A stretch of DNA of 33,575 nucleotides from a virus (lineage: Duplodnaviria; Heunggongvirae; Uroviricota; Caudoviricetes). Location: the IMG/VR virus record IMGVR_UViG_637000261_000005. One strand, written 5' to 3'. Both the position numbers and the translations under genes were made by a program. The notes under the pieces were generated by a model. That model was not told the origin of the DNA. It made no database searches and saw nothing but the letters and a program-made list of their open reading frames with translations. This document shows, piece after piece, positions 17,454 through 25,340 of the stretch (positions are counted from its first letter, which is position 1; each line of letters opens with the position of its first letter).

Positions 17454-18342
17454 TGCGTCCACCTTCGCTGATGGTGAATGACTCACAGCGCGCCGCCTGT
17501 ATGTCGCTGATGGCCATATTCTGTGTGGGTTCGATTATCTCCACGCGTTGCACACCGTGCACATGCAGTGCGGCAGCAATGGCGGACAACGCCACGTCCT
17601 GACCGATAAGCCCCTGCTCAGCCAGCCACTTCCTGAACGACGATTCAGCCGCGGCCAGAATAGGTTCGGATTCCGGGCCGGGGTAAAAGTACAGTTTTGC
17701 ATTCAGCCGCCATGTCACGATTCTGGCACTCTGTACGGTCAGGCGGTCGGCCACCGGGCGGGTATCCTCTGCATTCAGAACGGCGCGAACGGTATTAAGC
17801 AACGCCTCCGTTGCTGTGCCGTCGCCCTCAGTGGACAGGATGGAAACCGTCACGTTGGCCGGAGACGGGCTGATGGCCCGCGCATCGCGTACCAGACCGC
17901 TGGCGCTGCGTGCAAAATACTCGTATGCACCTGACGGGCCAGCAACACTCAGACCGTCATATGCCCGTTGCGCCCGTAGTCTCAGCGAGGTGTCACTTTC
18001 CATCACTGCATCGGTGGTATCCGTTGCCGGAGTGATAACCAGGCGCTTTGTGTTCATATTGCCCGCGAGGTTGTCCAGGTCTGTCCCGGCGCTGTGGCTT
18101 AGCATGCAGGCGCGTGCACCCTCATTGACCCGCTGGCGTAACAGCATTTCACGAAACGACATGGTTTGAGCGATAACGTTAAGGGGTTCCGATTCCAGCT
18201 CCAGCGCGGCGGAAACGGCTTCACGCTGTTCGGCGGGATAGGACGCAATCATCATGGCCTTTGTGTCAGCCAGAATTGCCTCAAAGTCAGGCTCCGCGAT
18301 GATGGCGGGTTCCGGTAACTGTGAAAGGTCAACGGCAGGCAT
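17446..18342 (-). CDS. J: Baseplate wedge protein gpJ
   Basis: 298 aa, with synteny W-J-I. Confidence 0.85.
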   Translation of the reverse strand: MPAVDLSQLPEPAIIAEPDFEAILADTKAMMIASYPAEQREAVSAALELESEPLNVIAQTMSFREMLLRQRVNEGARACMLSHSAGTDLDNLAGNMNTKRLVITPATDTTDAVMESDTSLRLRAQRAYDGLSVAGPSGAYEYFARSASGLVRDARAISPSPANVTVSILSTEGDGTATEALLNTVRAVLNAEDTRPVADRLTVQSARIVTWRLNAKLYFYPGPESEPILAAAESSFRKWLAEQGLIGQDVALSAIAAALHVHGVQRVEIIEPTQNMAISDIQAARCESFTISEGGRNE

Positions 18343-18345
18343 GAT

Positions 18346-18696
18346 TTACTCCCTCAGCGTGATGGTTAATTCAACATTCTGCATGGTCTGCATGACAGTG
18401 CCCGACAGCGTCACCCCGGCGCGGCCTCCTGCCTTCCAGACAACGTCGATAGCGTCCAGGGCAATGCGGGGTTCCCATCGTGTCAGCGCAATCACGGCAG
18501 CACTCATGCATTGCAGACGCGTGGTGTTATTCATGGGTTCGTCAATCAAATCAGGCACAAGGCTGCCATATTCCCGTCGCATAACCCGGCTTGCCAGCGG
18601 GGTGGTCAGGATGTCCCTGACTGACTGTTTCAGGTGCTCCATATCGTTCAGGTTTCCCGTTCCGTCCGGGTTCATTCCTGTGTAGCGGGTTGTCAC
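18346..18696 (-). CDS. W: Baseplate protein gpW (gp25-like)
   Basis: 116 aa, between V and J. Confidence 0.85.
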   Translation of the reverse strand: MTTRYTGMNPDGTGNLNDMEHLKQSVRDILTTPLASRVMRREYGSLVPDLIDEPMNNTTRLQCMSAAVIALTRWEPRIALDAIDVVWKAGGRAGVTLSGTVMQTMQNVELTITLRE

Positions 18697-19274
18697 TGCG
18701 GGCCTCCTGTCGAATCGCTGCCACCTTTAACGCCACCGTGTTTATGCGTATGCACTGTGATGCCGTTTGAGGTGAAATTGCCGCCGCTGTGCGTGATATT
18801 GCCGCTCATCTTTCCCCCTTTTGTGACGTCAAGCGTCGCCGTTCTCAGAAGGTCTGTGCATTCCACGACGGGCGTATCCAGTGTCACGCTGACGGATGCC
18901 TGCAGGGTGGCTGTTTTCATGCCGCTGGCGCTCAGTGCGCCTGCGTCCGCGTCGTAGCGGAACACCGCGCCATCCGGCGCGCTGACCACGATTTCTTTCA
19001 GGCTTTTGCCGGGGGCCGGAATGGCATCACTCCACAGGCTGCCAATTATCATGGCGGTTTCCGGGTTGCCGCCAATGCAGGCAATTACCACCTGTTCGCC
19101 TGGTGATGGCGGCAGCCACACATTGAAGGCTCCCGCGCGAGAGGTGTTCCAGCGCAGCCAACCTGTTTCCAGTTCGCCGCTGCGAACGCGCACGCGCCAG
19201 GACTTCTCATCAACTTCAGAGATGATCCCGGTGCGGATGATATTGCTCAGTAGCCGCATGAGTTCTGCGCTCAC
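18693..19274 (-). CDS. V: Baseplate central spike protein gpV
   Basis: 193 aa. The stretch ..GELETGWLRW...GEQVVIACIGGNPETAMIIGSLWSD.. is typical of gpV. Confidence 0.85.
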   Translation of the reverse strand: MSAELMRLLSNIIRTGIISEVDEKSWRVRVRSGELETGWLRWNTSRAGAFNVWLPPSPGEQVVIACIGGNPETAMIIGSLWSDAIPAPGKSLKEIVVSAPDGAVFRYDADAGALSASGMKTATLQASVSVTLDTPVVECTDLLRTATLDVTKGGKMSGNITHSGGNFTSNGITVHTHKHGGVKGGSDSTGGPQ

Positions 19275-19915
19275 CGTACAGCCTCCGCAATCCGGCCCAG
19301 CACCGTGTTATAAATCAGGCGCTCATCTGCCTGGCTGATACCCAGCAGCTCACGTACCGGGTAATCGGTGAAAATGCCCGGCGCAACCTGATCGCGCTCA
19401 CCGAACTGATGAACGCGTGCAATACGTGCGGCCACGCCGCTGTAACCCACCGTCACACCGGAAGCATCTGCACGGGCTTTCAGGTAGCGGGCGGTGCGCA
19501 GTTTTACGAACATGGGGACGCGCTTTGTGCTGTCCTGGTTGATGCGCCGGGTGCGTATTTCCAGAAAGCGGTCGATGTCATCCCGGTAAAACGTGCGGAT
19601 GCTGTTTTTATCCTCATCCCACCCGGTGATGGTTCGCCCGTATTTCCCCGTGTCGTGATGCCAGTTTTTCAGCGTGCGTGCTTCGTTATTCCAGATAAAG
19701 CGAATGCGCTCCTGTATCCGGGTTACGTGGCGTCTGCGTGGTGTCCATGCGGTCCCGTCCGGCGCTTTCTGTGGCCGGATACGTGCCTGCTGGGCGCGGC
19801 GTAAATCCTGTGCCAGCTTTCTGGCGATGTTATTGATGGCCTGCTGATTCAGGCTGTCGCGGATGGCCTCAAAGGTTTCATCCACGCGAGTGAATGCCTT
19901 ATCCATCGCTTTCAC
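19271..19915 (-). CDS. S: Tail completion / virion morphogenesis protein (gpS position)
   Basis: Position between R and V, with overlapping stop/start codons. It is longer (214 aa) than the roughly 150 aa I recall for P2 gpS. Confidence 0.7.
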   Translation of the reverse strand: MKAMDKAFTRVDETFEAIRDSLNQQAINNIARKLAQDLRRAQQARIRPQKAPDGTAWTPRRRHVTRIQERIRFIWNNEARTLKNWHHDTGKYGRTITGWDEDKNSIRTFYRDDIDRFLEIRTRRINQDSTKRVPMFVKLRTARYLKARADASGVTVGYSGVAARIARVHQFGERDQVAPGIFTDYPVRELLGISQADERLIYNTVLGRIAEAVR

Positions 19916-20366
19916 CCCACGTCACATCCTGGAATACATGCGACCAGTCGCCTTCGGAAGATGGCAGGCGGGGTTTTGGCTCCAGCAGGTGTTCTGCCTG
20001 CGGTGTGCCCTGACTGCTGCGCGTGATGCGAACGCGTTCCCGCAGGGGGAGCGTAAACAGGAGATCGGCGCTGTCATCGTCATTGATAACGGCGGAAAAT
20101 TTGATGTCCTGATTACGCTCAGGGTTGAGCAACAACTGTGGCTGATTTTCGGATAACCACGCCAGCAGCGGCAGCGTGAGGTCGTCCAGCTCCCCGGCGT
20201 AATCCATGACAAACATCACCATCTGATAGCGGTAAACAAACGATGGGGTTTCTCCGGTCGTTTCAATGTTGCCGCTCTCCACGAAAATGGTGAATTTTTC
20301 CGGGTTAGCCTGACACCATCGGCATGAACGGGTCATGGCTTCACGCAGGGAATCAGTTTTCAGCAT
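19899..20366 (-). CDS. R: Tail completion protein gpR
   Basis: MLKTDSLREAMTRS...LPLLAWLSENQP.. aligns with P2 gpR (MLKPDSLRRALT...VPVLAWLRENQP). Confidence 0.85.
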   Translation of the reverse strand: MLKTDSLREAMTRSCRWCQANPEKFTIFVESGNIETTGETPSFVYRYQMVMFVMDYAGELDDLTLPLLAWLSENQPQLLLNPERNQDIKFSAVINDDDSADLLFTLPLRERVRITRSSQGTPQAEHLLEPKPRLPSSEGDWSHVFQDVTWGESDG

Positions 20367-20643
20367 GGTTGTTATCCTCGTTGTTCAGTCGTTGCAGCCT
20401 GCGCTGTTCCAGTAATTCAATGGCCCGTTTATCCGCGTTACAGGTTTCCAGTGCATCCAGAAGGCGGTCGCCCCATATACCGAGATTTCCCCATGTGGGA
20501 GTGTCAGGGAAGGGGGGAGGCGTTACCGGTATGGTCAGCGTCTGCGGTATAAGCCGGACTGACGGCGCTGGCAGTGGCGCGTTCTGCGTGCCTGCGCAGC
20601 CTGTCAGTAAAACGAGCGTCAGGCAAAGCGTGGGCGCATTCAT
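20353..20643 (-). CDS. Outer-membrane spanin lipoprotein (Rz1/LysC-like)
   Basis: MNAPTLCLTLVLLTGCAG has a lipobox LLTGC and a Pro-rich mature part. Its 5' part overlaps the 3' end of the i-spanin gene in another frame. Confidence 0.8.
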   Translation of the reverse strand: MNAPTLCLTLVLLTGCAGTQNAPLPAPSVRLIPQTLTIPVTPPPFPDTPTWGNLGIWGDRLLDALETCNADKRAIELLEQRRLQRLNNEDNNHAEN

Positions 20644-20911
20644 CTTTTGCAATATCGTTGCGTAGCTGTTCACGTCTTACCTCTCCGTCCTGATTGCGTT
20701 GCTGATTTTCCACGCGGAGTTGCGCCAGCACCTGCTGCATATCCTGTACCCCGGCGCTGATGATATTCAGGGTGTCGGCGGTACTTTTCAGGGTGCTGGC
20801 CTGCGCTTCGTTTCTGGCGTTCTCCCGGCCCAGCGACCACGACAGACGCATGGATGTTCCCCATCCGGCAGTCAGAAGGAAAGCGACGCCAAGCGTGGGC
20901 CAGAGCTTCAT
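20504..20911 (-). CDS. Inner-membrane spanin (Rz/LysB-like)
   Basis: The start MKLWPTLGVAFLLTAGWG (N-terminal TM) forms an ATGA overlap with the endolysin stop. A coiled-coil-like middle follows. The tracked ORF is N-terminally over-extended. Confidence 0.75.
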   Translation of the reverse strand: MKLWPTLGVAFLLTAGWGTSMRLSWSLGRENARNEAQASTLKSTADTLNIISAGVQDMQQVLAQLRVENQQRNQDGEVRREQLRNDIAKDECAHALPDARFTDRLRRHAERATASAVSPAYTADADHTGNASPLP

Positions 20912-21300
20912 GCCGGATAGGCTCCGTGTGGTAACTGAAAATGCGGTCCGTCTTTCAGGGTCTTCCAGTCGCCGCCCCATTCCACCGGAATATTCAGTTC
21001 CCGGCTGGCCTGTCTGAATGCTGCTGCGATTTTTTCGTACAGCGGCCATTCCCATGACATCTGGCTGCCGATATAAGCCACAACATCCACGGCATGCCCC
21101 GTAAGGTGGCGGCTGTTCATGGTCTGGCTCTTACCCGTGGCCACCAGTTGCTTCTGGCGGTAACGGCTGCGCAACCCTTCGGTGATACCAAAATCCACTT
21201 CCGAGATTTCCAGTGCCCGTCGGGTCACTTTCACCAGATCAGGATTTACACCCTGCAAATTCTTTTCGCTCCGGCTGCTGAATTTAAATGTGTTGCTCAT
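20908..21300 (-). CDS. Endolysin, peptidase M15 family (zinc D-Ala-D-Ala carboxypeptidase / L-Ala-D-Glu peptidase-like)
   Basis: 130 aa with SRHLTGHAVDV ... DGPHFQL (the H..D..H zinc ligand pattern of M15 peptidases). It sits between the holin and the spanins. Confidence 0.8.
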   Translation of the reverse strand: MSNTFKFSSRSEKNLQGVNPDLVKVTRRALEISEVDFGITEGLRSRYRQKQLVATGKSQTMNSRHLTGHAVDVVAYIGSQMSWEWPLYEKIAAAFRQASRELNIPVEWGGDWKTLKDGPHFQLPHGAYPA

Positions 21301-21620
21301 TCGTCCTTCTCCTTCACCCTGCGATTAAAGGCCGCAATAACCTTGTCGCGTGCTTTCTCTGCACCCATAAAACCGATTGATGCGCCGATAAACGTCACGG
21401 CATCTTCAGGAAACCCGAAGAAGCGCAACGACCCGGCCACGGCCATGGCAAGAACGCCGCACGCCAGCGATCCCGTTACGGTCTGAACCAGTGTTCGTCC
21501 GTCATAAAGGCTCATCAGCGCGGAAATGCTGACCGCCGCGCCTACTGCATACACCGTTGGCAGGTGGTCAAAGAGCCACGCAATAACCTGCTCTGTGATC
21601 CCTGTTTGAATGGTGCTCAC
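21297..21620 (-). CDS. Putative holin (107 aa, 2-3 TM segments, charged C-terminus)
   Basis: GTG at 21620 is preceded by GGGGGAG. The product is VSTIQTGITEQVIAWLFDHLPTVYAVGAAVSISALMSL...GVLAMAVAGSLRFF...FIGASIGFMGAEKARDKVIAAFNRRVKEKDE. The longer tracked ORF overlaps gpX and is not credible. Confidence 0.65.
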   Translation of the reverse strand: MSTIQTGITEQVIAWLFDHLPTVYAVGAAVSISALMSLYDGRTLVQTVTGSLACGVLAMAVAGSLRFFGFPEDAVTFIGASIGFMGAEKARDKVIAAFNRRVKEKDE

Positions 21621-21622
21621 TG

Positions 21623-21823
21623 CTACTCCCCCCACAACTGAATCATTTCTCGTTTCTTCTTCTCCGGCTCCGGCATCTCCACTTCCTGCCCGGCGTCCAG
21701 AAATACCTGCTGACAGAGTCCGGGGTTGGCATCCAGCACCTTTTCGGTGACGCCCTGCGTCGTGCCGTAGTACCGGAAACAGAGCGAATCCACGGTGTCG
21801 CCTTCCAGTGCCTTCACTTTCAT
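21623..21823 (-). CDS. X: Tail protein gpX (LysM-like)
   Basis: MKVKALEGDTVDSLCFRYYGTTQGVTEKVLDANPGL.. aligns with P2 gpX (MKTFALQGDTLDAICVRYYGRTEGVVETVLAANPGL). There is an ATGA overlap with the gpL stop. Confidence 0.85.
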   Translation of the reverse strand: MKVKALEGDTVDSLCFRYYGTTQGVTEKVLDANPGLCQQVFLDAGQEVEMPEPEKKKREMIQLWGE

Positions 21824-22326
21824 CAGCACAACTCCGCAAAGATTCGCGGGCGGCACAGAATGTCAGAGATGGCCCAGCTCACATCACGCCACAAATCCGA
21901 TGTCTGTATATCCAGAGCGTCTGCCCGGCGGTCGCCCTTGTCCGTAGTGTCTGCATCACGATAACGCTCCAGAATCAGGGCGCGCGTGGCGGTATAAACA
22001 GCATTGCGCCAGTGCCAGAGATTGACGCTTTCTCCGTTAATTACGGGTGCCGGAACATCGGCCAGCGTCTGATGGCCAGCTGCCTGCTGTTCCTGCTGCC
22101 ATGCTTCCAGCTCGCGGGTAACGTGTGCCACAGCCCCGGTGGCAGTATGCAGCAGGCGGGAGGTGGTCACGCGCCCCGGCAGTCGTACCGCCAGACGCAG
22201 CTCGCGCAGCACAATATCCGGCCAGAATGCACCCGCTGAAATGCGGGTATCGCCATCATCGGTATCGGTGATGTCGTCCTCTGCGGGTCCGGGTTCAGTT
22301 CTGGCAACTATAGTCATGGGGTTCAC
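21823..22326 (-). CDS. L: Head completion protein gpL
   Basis: 167 aa, with synteny M-L-X. Confidence 0.85.
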   Translation of the reverse strand: MNPMTIVARTEPGPAEDDITDTDDGDTRISAGAFWPDIVLRELRLAVRLPGRVTTSRLLHTATGAVAHVTRELEAWQQEQQAAGHQTLADVPAPVINGESVNLWHWRNAVYTATRALILERYRDADTTDKGDRRADALDIQTSDLWRDVSWAISDILCRPRIFAELC

Positions 22327-22349
22327 TCCTGAAAAAAAATCGGCGGTGG

Positions 22350-22395
22350 GTGCGCGGTGTAAACGGTCACGGAGTCAAACTGGAACACCGCGCAC
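22350..22395. repeat. 11-bp perfect inverted repeat (GTGCGCGGTGT ... ACACCGCGCAC, 24-nt spacer) in the M-L gap
   Basis: Seen directly in the sequence. On the minus strand it is followed by ..CCGATTTTTTTT before the gpL Shine-Dalgarno. Confidence 0.5.
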
Positions 22396-22482
22396 GCCGC
22401 CCGCTGACGGGTCAGTCGTTAACCGCGCTTCGCCTTCTGCGTCGCGGTGGTTTTTCGTGTTGCAGGCTTCCGCGTTGTCTTT

Positions 22483-23229
22483 TTACTTTTGCTGCTTTTT
22501 GCTGCTTTCGTCCTGCGCCTGCTGTGCGCTGGCGTCTTCTGGTTCGGCTGCGGAATCGGCTTTTTTCAGGGCGCGGGAAAGGGTTGCAATCTCGCGTTTC
22601 ACACCTGCGTTCGGGTTCAGGTGCATTGCTTCGCGCAGCAGCTTCAGTGACAGGGCCATGCTGTCCGCATCACTCAGGCCACGGCGGGCAAAGGCGCACG
22701 CTTTGCATAATTTGGCGCGCACTTCGTCCGGCATGTCCTGGTCGGTGACAATCTCCCGGAGGGTGTCCAGTGGTTCGATAAAGGCGGACAAATCCGCGTC
22801 GGCATCCGTCCCGGCCTGCGTCAGTACCGGATTACAGATTTCTTCGGTCAGTACCGTGGCAGCAGTACGGCCAAAGTTATCCGGCATGATGAGGTTGTGA
22901 CGGACTACATACGCGCCGATACGCAGCGCAAGCGGAAGATCGCCACAGTCAATCGCCCACACCATCAGCGTGGCAATCACTTCATCCTGCTGCCCGCCGT
23001 CAGCCTCCAGCGTTCCCTCAATCCAGCCGGAAAAATCCGGCAACAACTCTTTTTTGATGGCGGCTTTCGCGCTTCTGGCCTGTACGCCCTTAAGCCGGGC
23101 CTGTGCCAGACGCAGACGATACAGCACCTCTTCATGCGCGGTACGCGCGGCGTGGTCCACGCCTTCATTCGCCCGGCCTGCGCGCTGTGCCATCACGTTC
23201 TGCCAGTGTTGTTGTGCAGGAGTAATCAT
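22483..23229 (-). CDS. M: Terminase small / endonuclease subunit gpM
   Basis: 248 aa, with synteny N-M-L. Confidence 0.85.
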   Translation of the reverse strand: MITPAQQHWQNVMAQRAGRANEGVDHAARTAHEEVLYRLRLAQARLKGVQARSAKAAIKKELLPDFSGWIEGTLEADGGQQDEVIATLMVWAIDCGDLPLALRIGAYVVRHNLIMPDNFGRTAATVLTEEICNPVLTQAGTDADADLSAFIEPLDTLREIVTDQDMPDEVRAKLCKACAFARRGLSDADSMALSLKLLREAMHLNPNAGVKREIATLSRALKKADSAAEPEDASAQQAQDESSKKQQK

Positions 23230-23274
23230 TTTTGCTCTCCGTTACAGGCGGGCATGATGCCCGCCGTGAGTTGA

Positions 23275-24326
23275 TTAGCTGTCGGCGAACTTCAGGCCAG
23301 TAACCATCGCGCACTTGCCATAGTCTTCAACGACATAAGCGTCATTGATGGACTGGTAGGTGGCGATGCGGTTGTATTCCGGCTCGTCTTTCATCAGGCG
23401 ACGCATTGAACCTTTCTGCCAGTAAATCGACAGGTTGTTGAACGAGGTGATCAGCATCGTTGCATCCGGGAAGAACGGCGCAAGGAACACGCCCAGCCCG
23501 CCAATGGTGCGCGATGACAGGATGAGCTGCCCGGCGAGTAATTCCGCATTGGGATTCTGGCCGCTGATGCTGTTCAGCACGGGCAGACGCAGCGAGTTAA
23601 ACAGGTTGCGCCCCATAATCACCACGAGGTCGTCAGCTTCCTTGTGCCATTCATCCAGCAGGGATGAACGCGCGTCCTGTACCAGTGCATCAGCGTTCGC
23701 ATACTTACCCGCGTGCGCCACGGTGTTGTCCATGTTGCGGGAGGTCAGCGTCACGTCATTCATAACGCGTTCGCTGGCGTCGGTTCTGATGTGCTCCAGC
23801 CAGCCCACGTTAACGTCCTGAAGCAGCTTGTTGGTGCTGAAGTTGGACTCATCCGCGTGAGACGTGCCGTTGAAACCGATCATGATGCGGTCAAGCGCCA
23901 CCTGTCGGGCAATCTGTGCGCTGATGCGGGACTGAAAATCAGGGTGTGCCGACCAGGCATCAAGCTGCGGATACGAAATAAACGTGTCGTAGTTCACCTG
24001 TTCACACTGATATTTGCGGTTTTTCAGATCAACCACGTTATTCGGGTTACGGCGTTTTGTGCCGTCATAACTGGTATTCGTGCGCGCAATCGGTCCTGTG
24101 GTATCCAGGAGGATTTTTTCGCCTTTCTGGTCGGTCACGCCGATCACGTTATTTTTTTCGTAAATTCGGTACTTTCCTTTGAGGTGTTTTCAAAACGCTG
24201 CTGCACCGCGGGTTCCACGGTAAATCGCGACACCAGTGCAGATACCGGGATATTATTAAGCGACACCTGCTGCGCCATATAGCAACCCAGCTTGTTGCGG
24301 GTAATATCTGACATCACCAGATTCAT
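23275..24326 (-). pseudogene. N: Major capsid protein gpN, frameshifted at or next to an A7 run
   Basis: The upstream ORF reads ..SRFTVEPAVQQRFENTSKESTEFTKKIT* (compare P2 N ..KKFTVEPSVTQTLMNTMQESSDFLTRIN..). Homology continues in another frame as ..VIGVTDQKGEKILLDTTGP... The junction is ACGAAAAAAATAACGTGATC (T7 on the plus strand at 24152-24158). Confidence 0.8.
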
Positions 24327-24349
24327 AAAAAATTTGCTCCTTTGTCTAA

Positions 24350-25186
24350 TCAGAAGTCGGCCAGCTGGTCGGAGGCTGCGCCCGTTGCGGTGAAGCGGTT
24401 CTGCGGATCGCCGTCCTGCGTGCGCAGTTTTTCCTTCAGTGCTGCCAGCTCTGTGGTCAGTGACGTAATTTTCTGGCGGTCCTGCTGATGGCGGGTTTCC
24501 AGCACATTAAAACGGTCGATAATGTCGGCCTGTGACGTTGCGACGCCTTCCACCGCTTCCTGAATACGGGAAAAACTGGCGTCATCCGCTTTGCGGCCAC
24601 GGCCAATAATCCCCATTACGCGGTTAAACCACTGGGTGCCTTCTTCCTGGCGTTGTTCTGCCATTTCGATGATTTCAGACTCGATGGCTTCGGAGATAAG
24701 CGGCGCTTCACCCTGGATACTGTTAAACGTCATCACCGCCTGACGTTGCTGTGCCGTGAATTTCAGGCGCTCAGTGCCCAGGCTTGCCGGGGTGTCGGTC
24801 ATCGCCAGCCCGACCAGATAGGCGCGCCCGTTAACGGAGAACTGCGGGTGCAGTTCGATACTGGAATAGATTTTCTTGCCGTCCGCAACAAGCTGCTTCA
24901 TGCGCTCGGTCGGTTCGATTTCTGCATACAGCGCAGTACGTCCGGCCAGCGGACCTTCCGTAATCTCTTCCGTACTCAGTGCGGTGACATCGCCCATTGC
25001 GGAAAATTCGCTTGACGGGCATGGCGAGAGATAGTGCTCAACGTTCACGCGGGCAGCGTAAACATCCGGGTTGAAGTTCTCGGCGGCTTCACGCAGATGC
25101 ACCGGACTGATTTCACGGCCATCAACAGTTGATCCGGAGACAGCCACGCGAAACTTTTTGCGGGATGTCTTTTTTTCATTAGCCAT
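24350..25186 (-). CDS. O: Capsid scaffolding protein gpO
   Basis: MANEKKTSRKKFRVAVSGSTVDGREISP.. aligns with P2 gpO (MAKKVSKFFRIGVEGDTCDGRVISA..). GAGGGG Shine-Dalgarno precedes the ATG at 25186. Confidence 0.9.
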   Translation of the reverse strand: MANEKKTSRKKFRVAVSGSTVDGREISPVHLREAAENFNPDVYAARVNVEHYLSPCPSSEFSAMGDVTALSTEEITEGPLAGRTALYAEIEPTERMKQLVADGKKIYSSIELHPQFSVNGRAYLVGLAMTDTPASLGTERLKFTAQQRQAVMTFNSIQGEAPLISEAIESEIIEMAEQRQEEGTQWFNRVMGIIGRGRKADDASFSRIQEAVEGVATSQADIIDRFNVLETRHQQDRQKITSLTTELAALKEKLRTQDGDPQNRFTATGAASDQLADF

Positions 25187-25252
25187 AGTTTTTGCCCCTC
25201 TGACTGGTTCTTCAGTCATGATGGCAAAGCGTAACAGGCTGATACAAAGGGC

Positions 25253-25278
25253 TTTTGTTGTAAGAAAACGGCCAGAAC
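25253..25278 (+). promoter_or_regulatory. TTTTGTTGT-N12-AGAAC element in the O|P divergent intergenic region; candidate late promoter activator site
   Basis: The flanking 9-mer and 5-mer are identical to 6583-6608. It is centred about 73 nt before the P ATG and about 81 nt before the O ATG. TAATCT (25311-25316) is a possible -10 for P. Confidence 0.4.
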
Positions 25279-25340
25279 AGAGGGTTAAGGAGAACAGTTT
25301 CGCGCGCGGGTAATCTTCCTGTAATTACTCAGGGGGAGCA

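Noticed and set aside
21297-21839. The full 180-aa version of the holin ORF
   Set aside because: The N-terminal 73 codons overlap gpX in another frame and are Arg/Gly-rich. A GTG start at 21620 with a GGGGGAG Shine-Dalgarno, placed right after the gpX stop, fits operon logic.
25207-25228. Second partial copy (GTTCT-N12-GCAAA; on the minus strand TTTGC-N12-AGAAC) as a dedicated gpO late-promoter element
   Set aside because: Its centre is only about 31 nt from the gpO ATG, too close for a -55 activator site, and the left half matches poorly.
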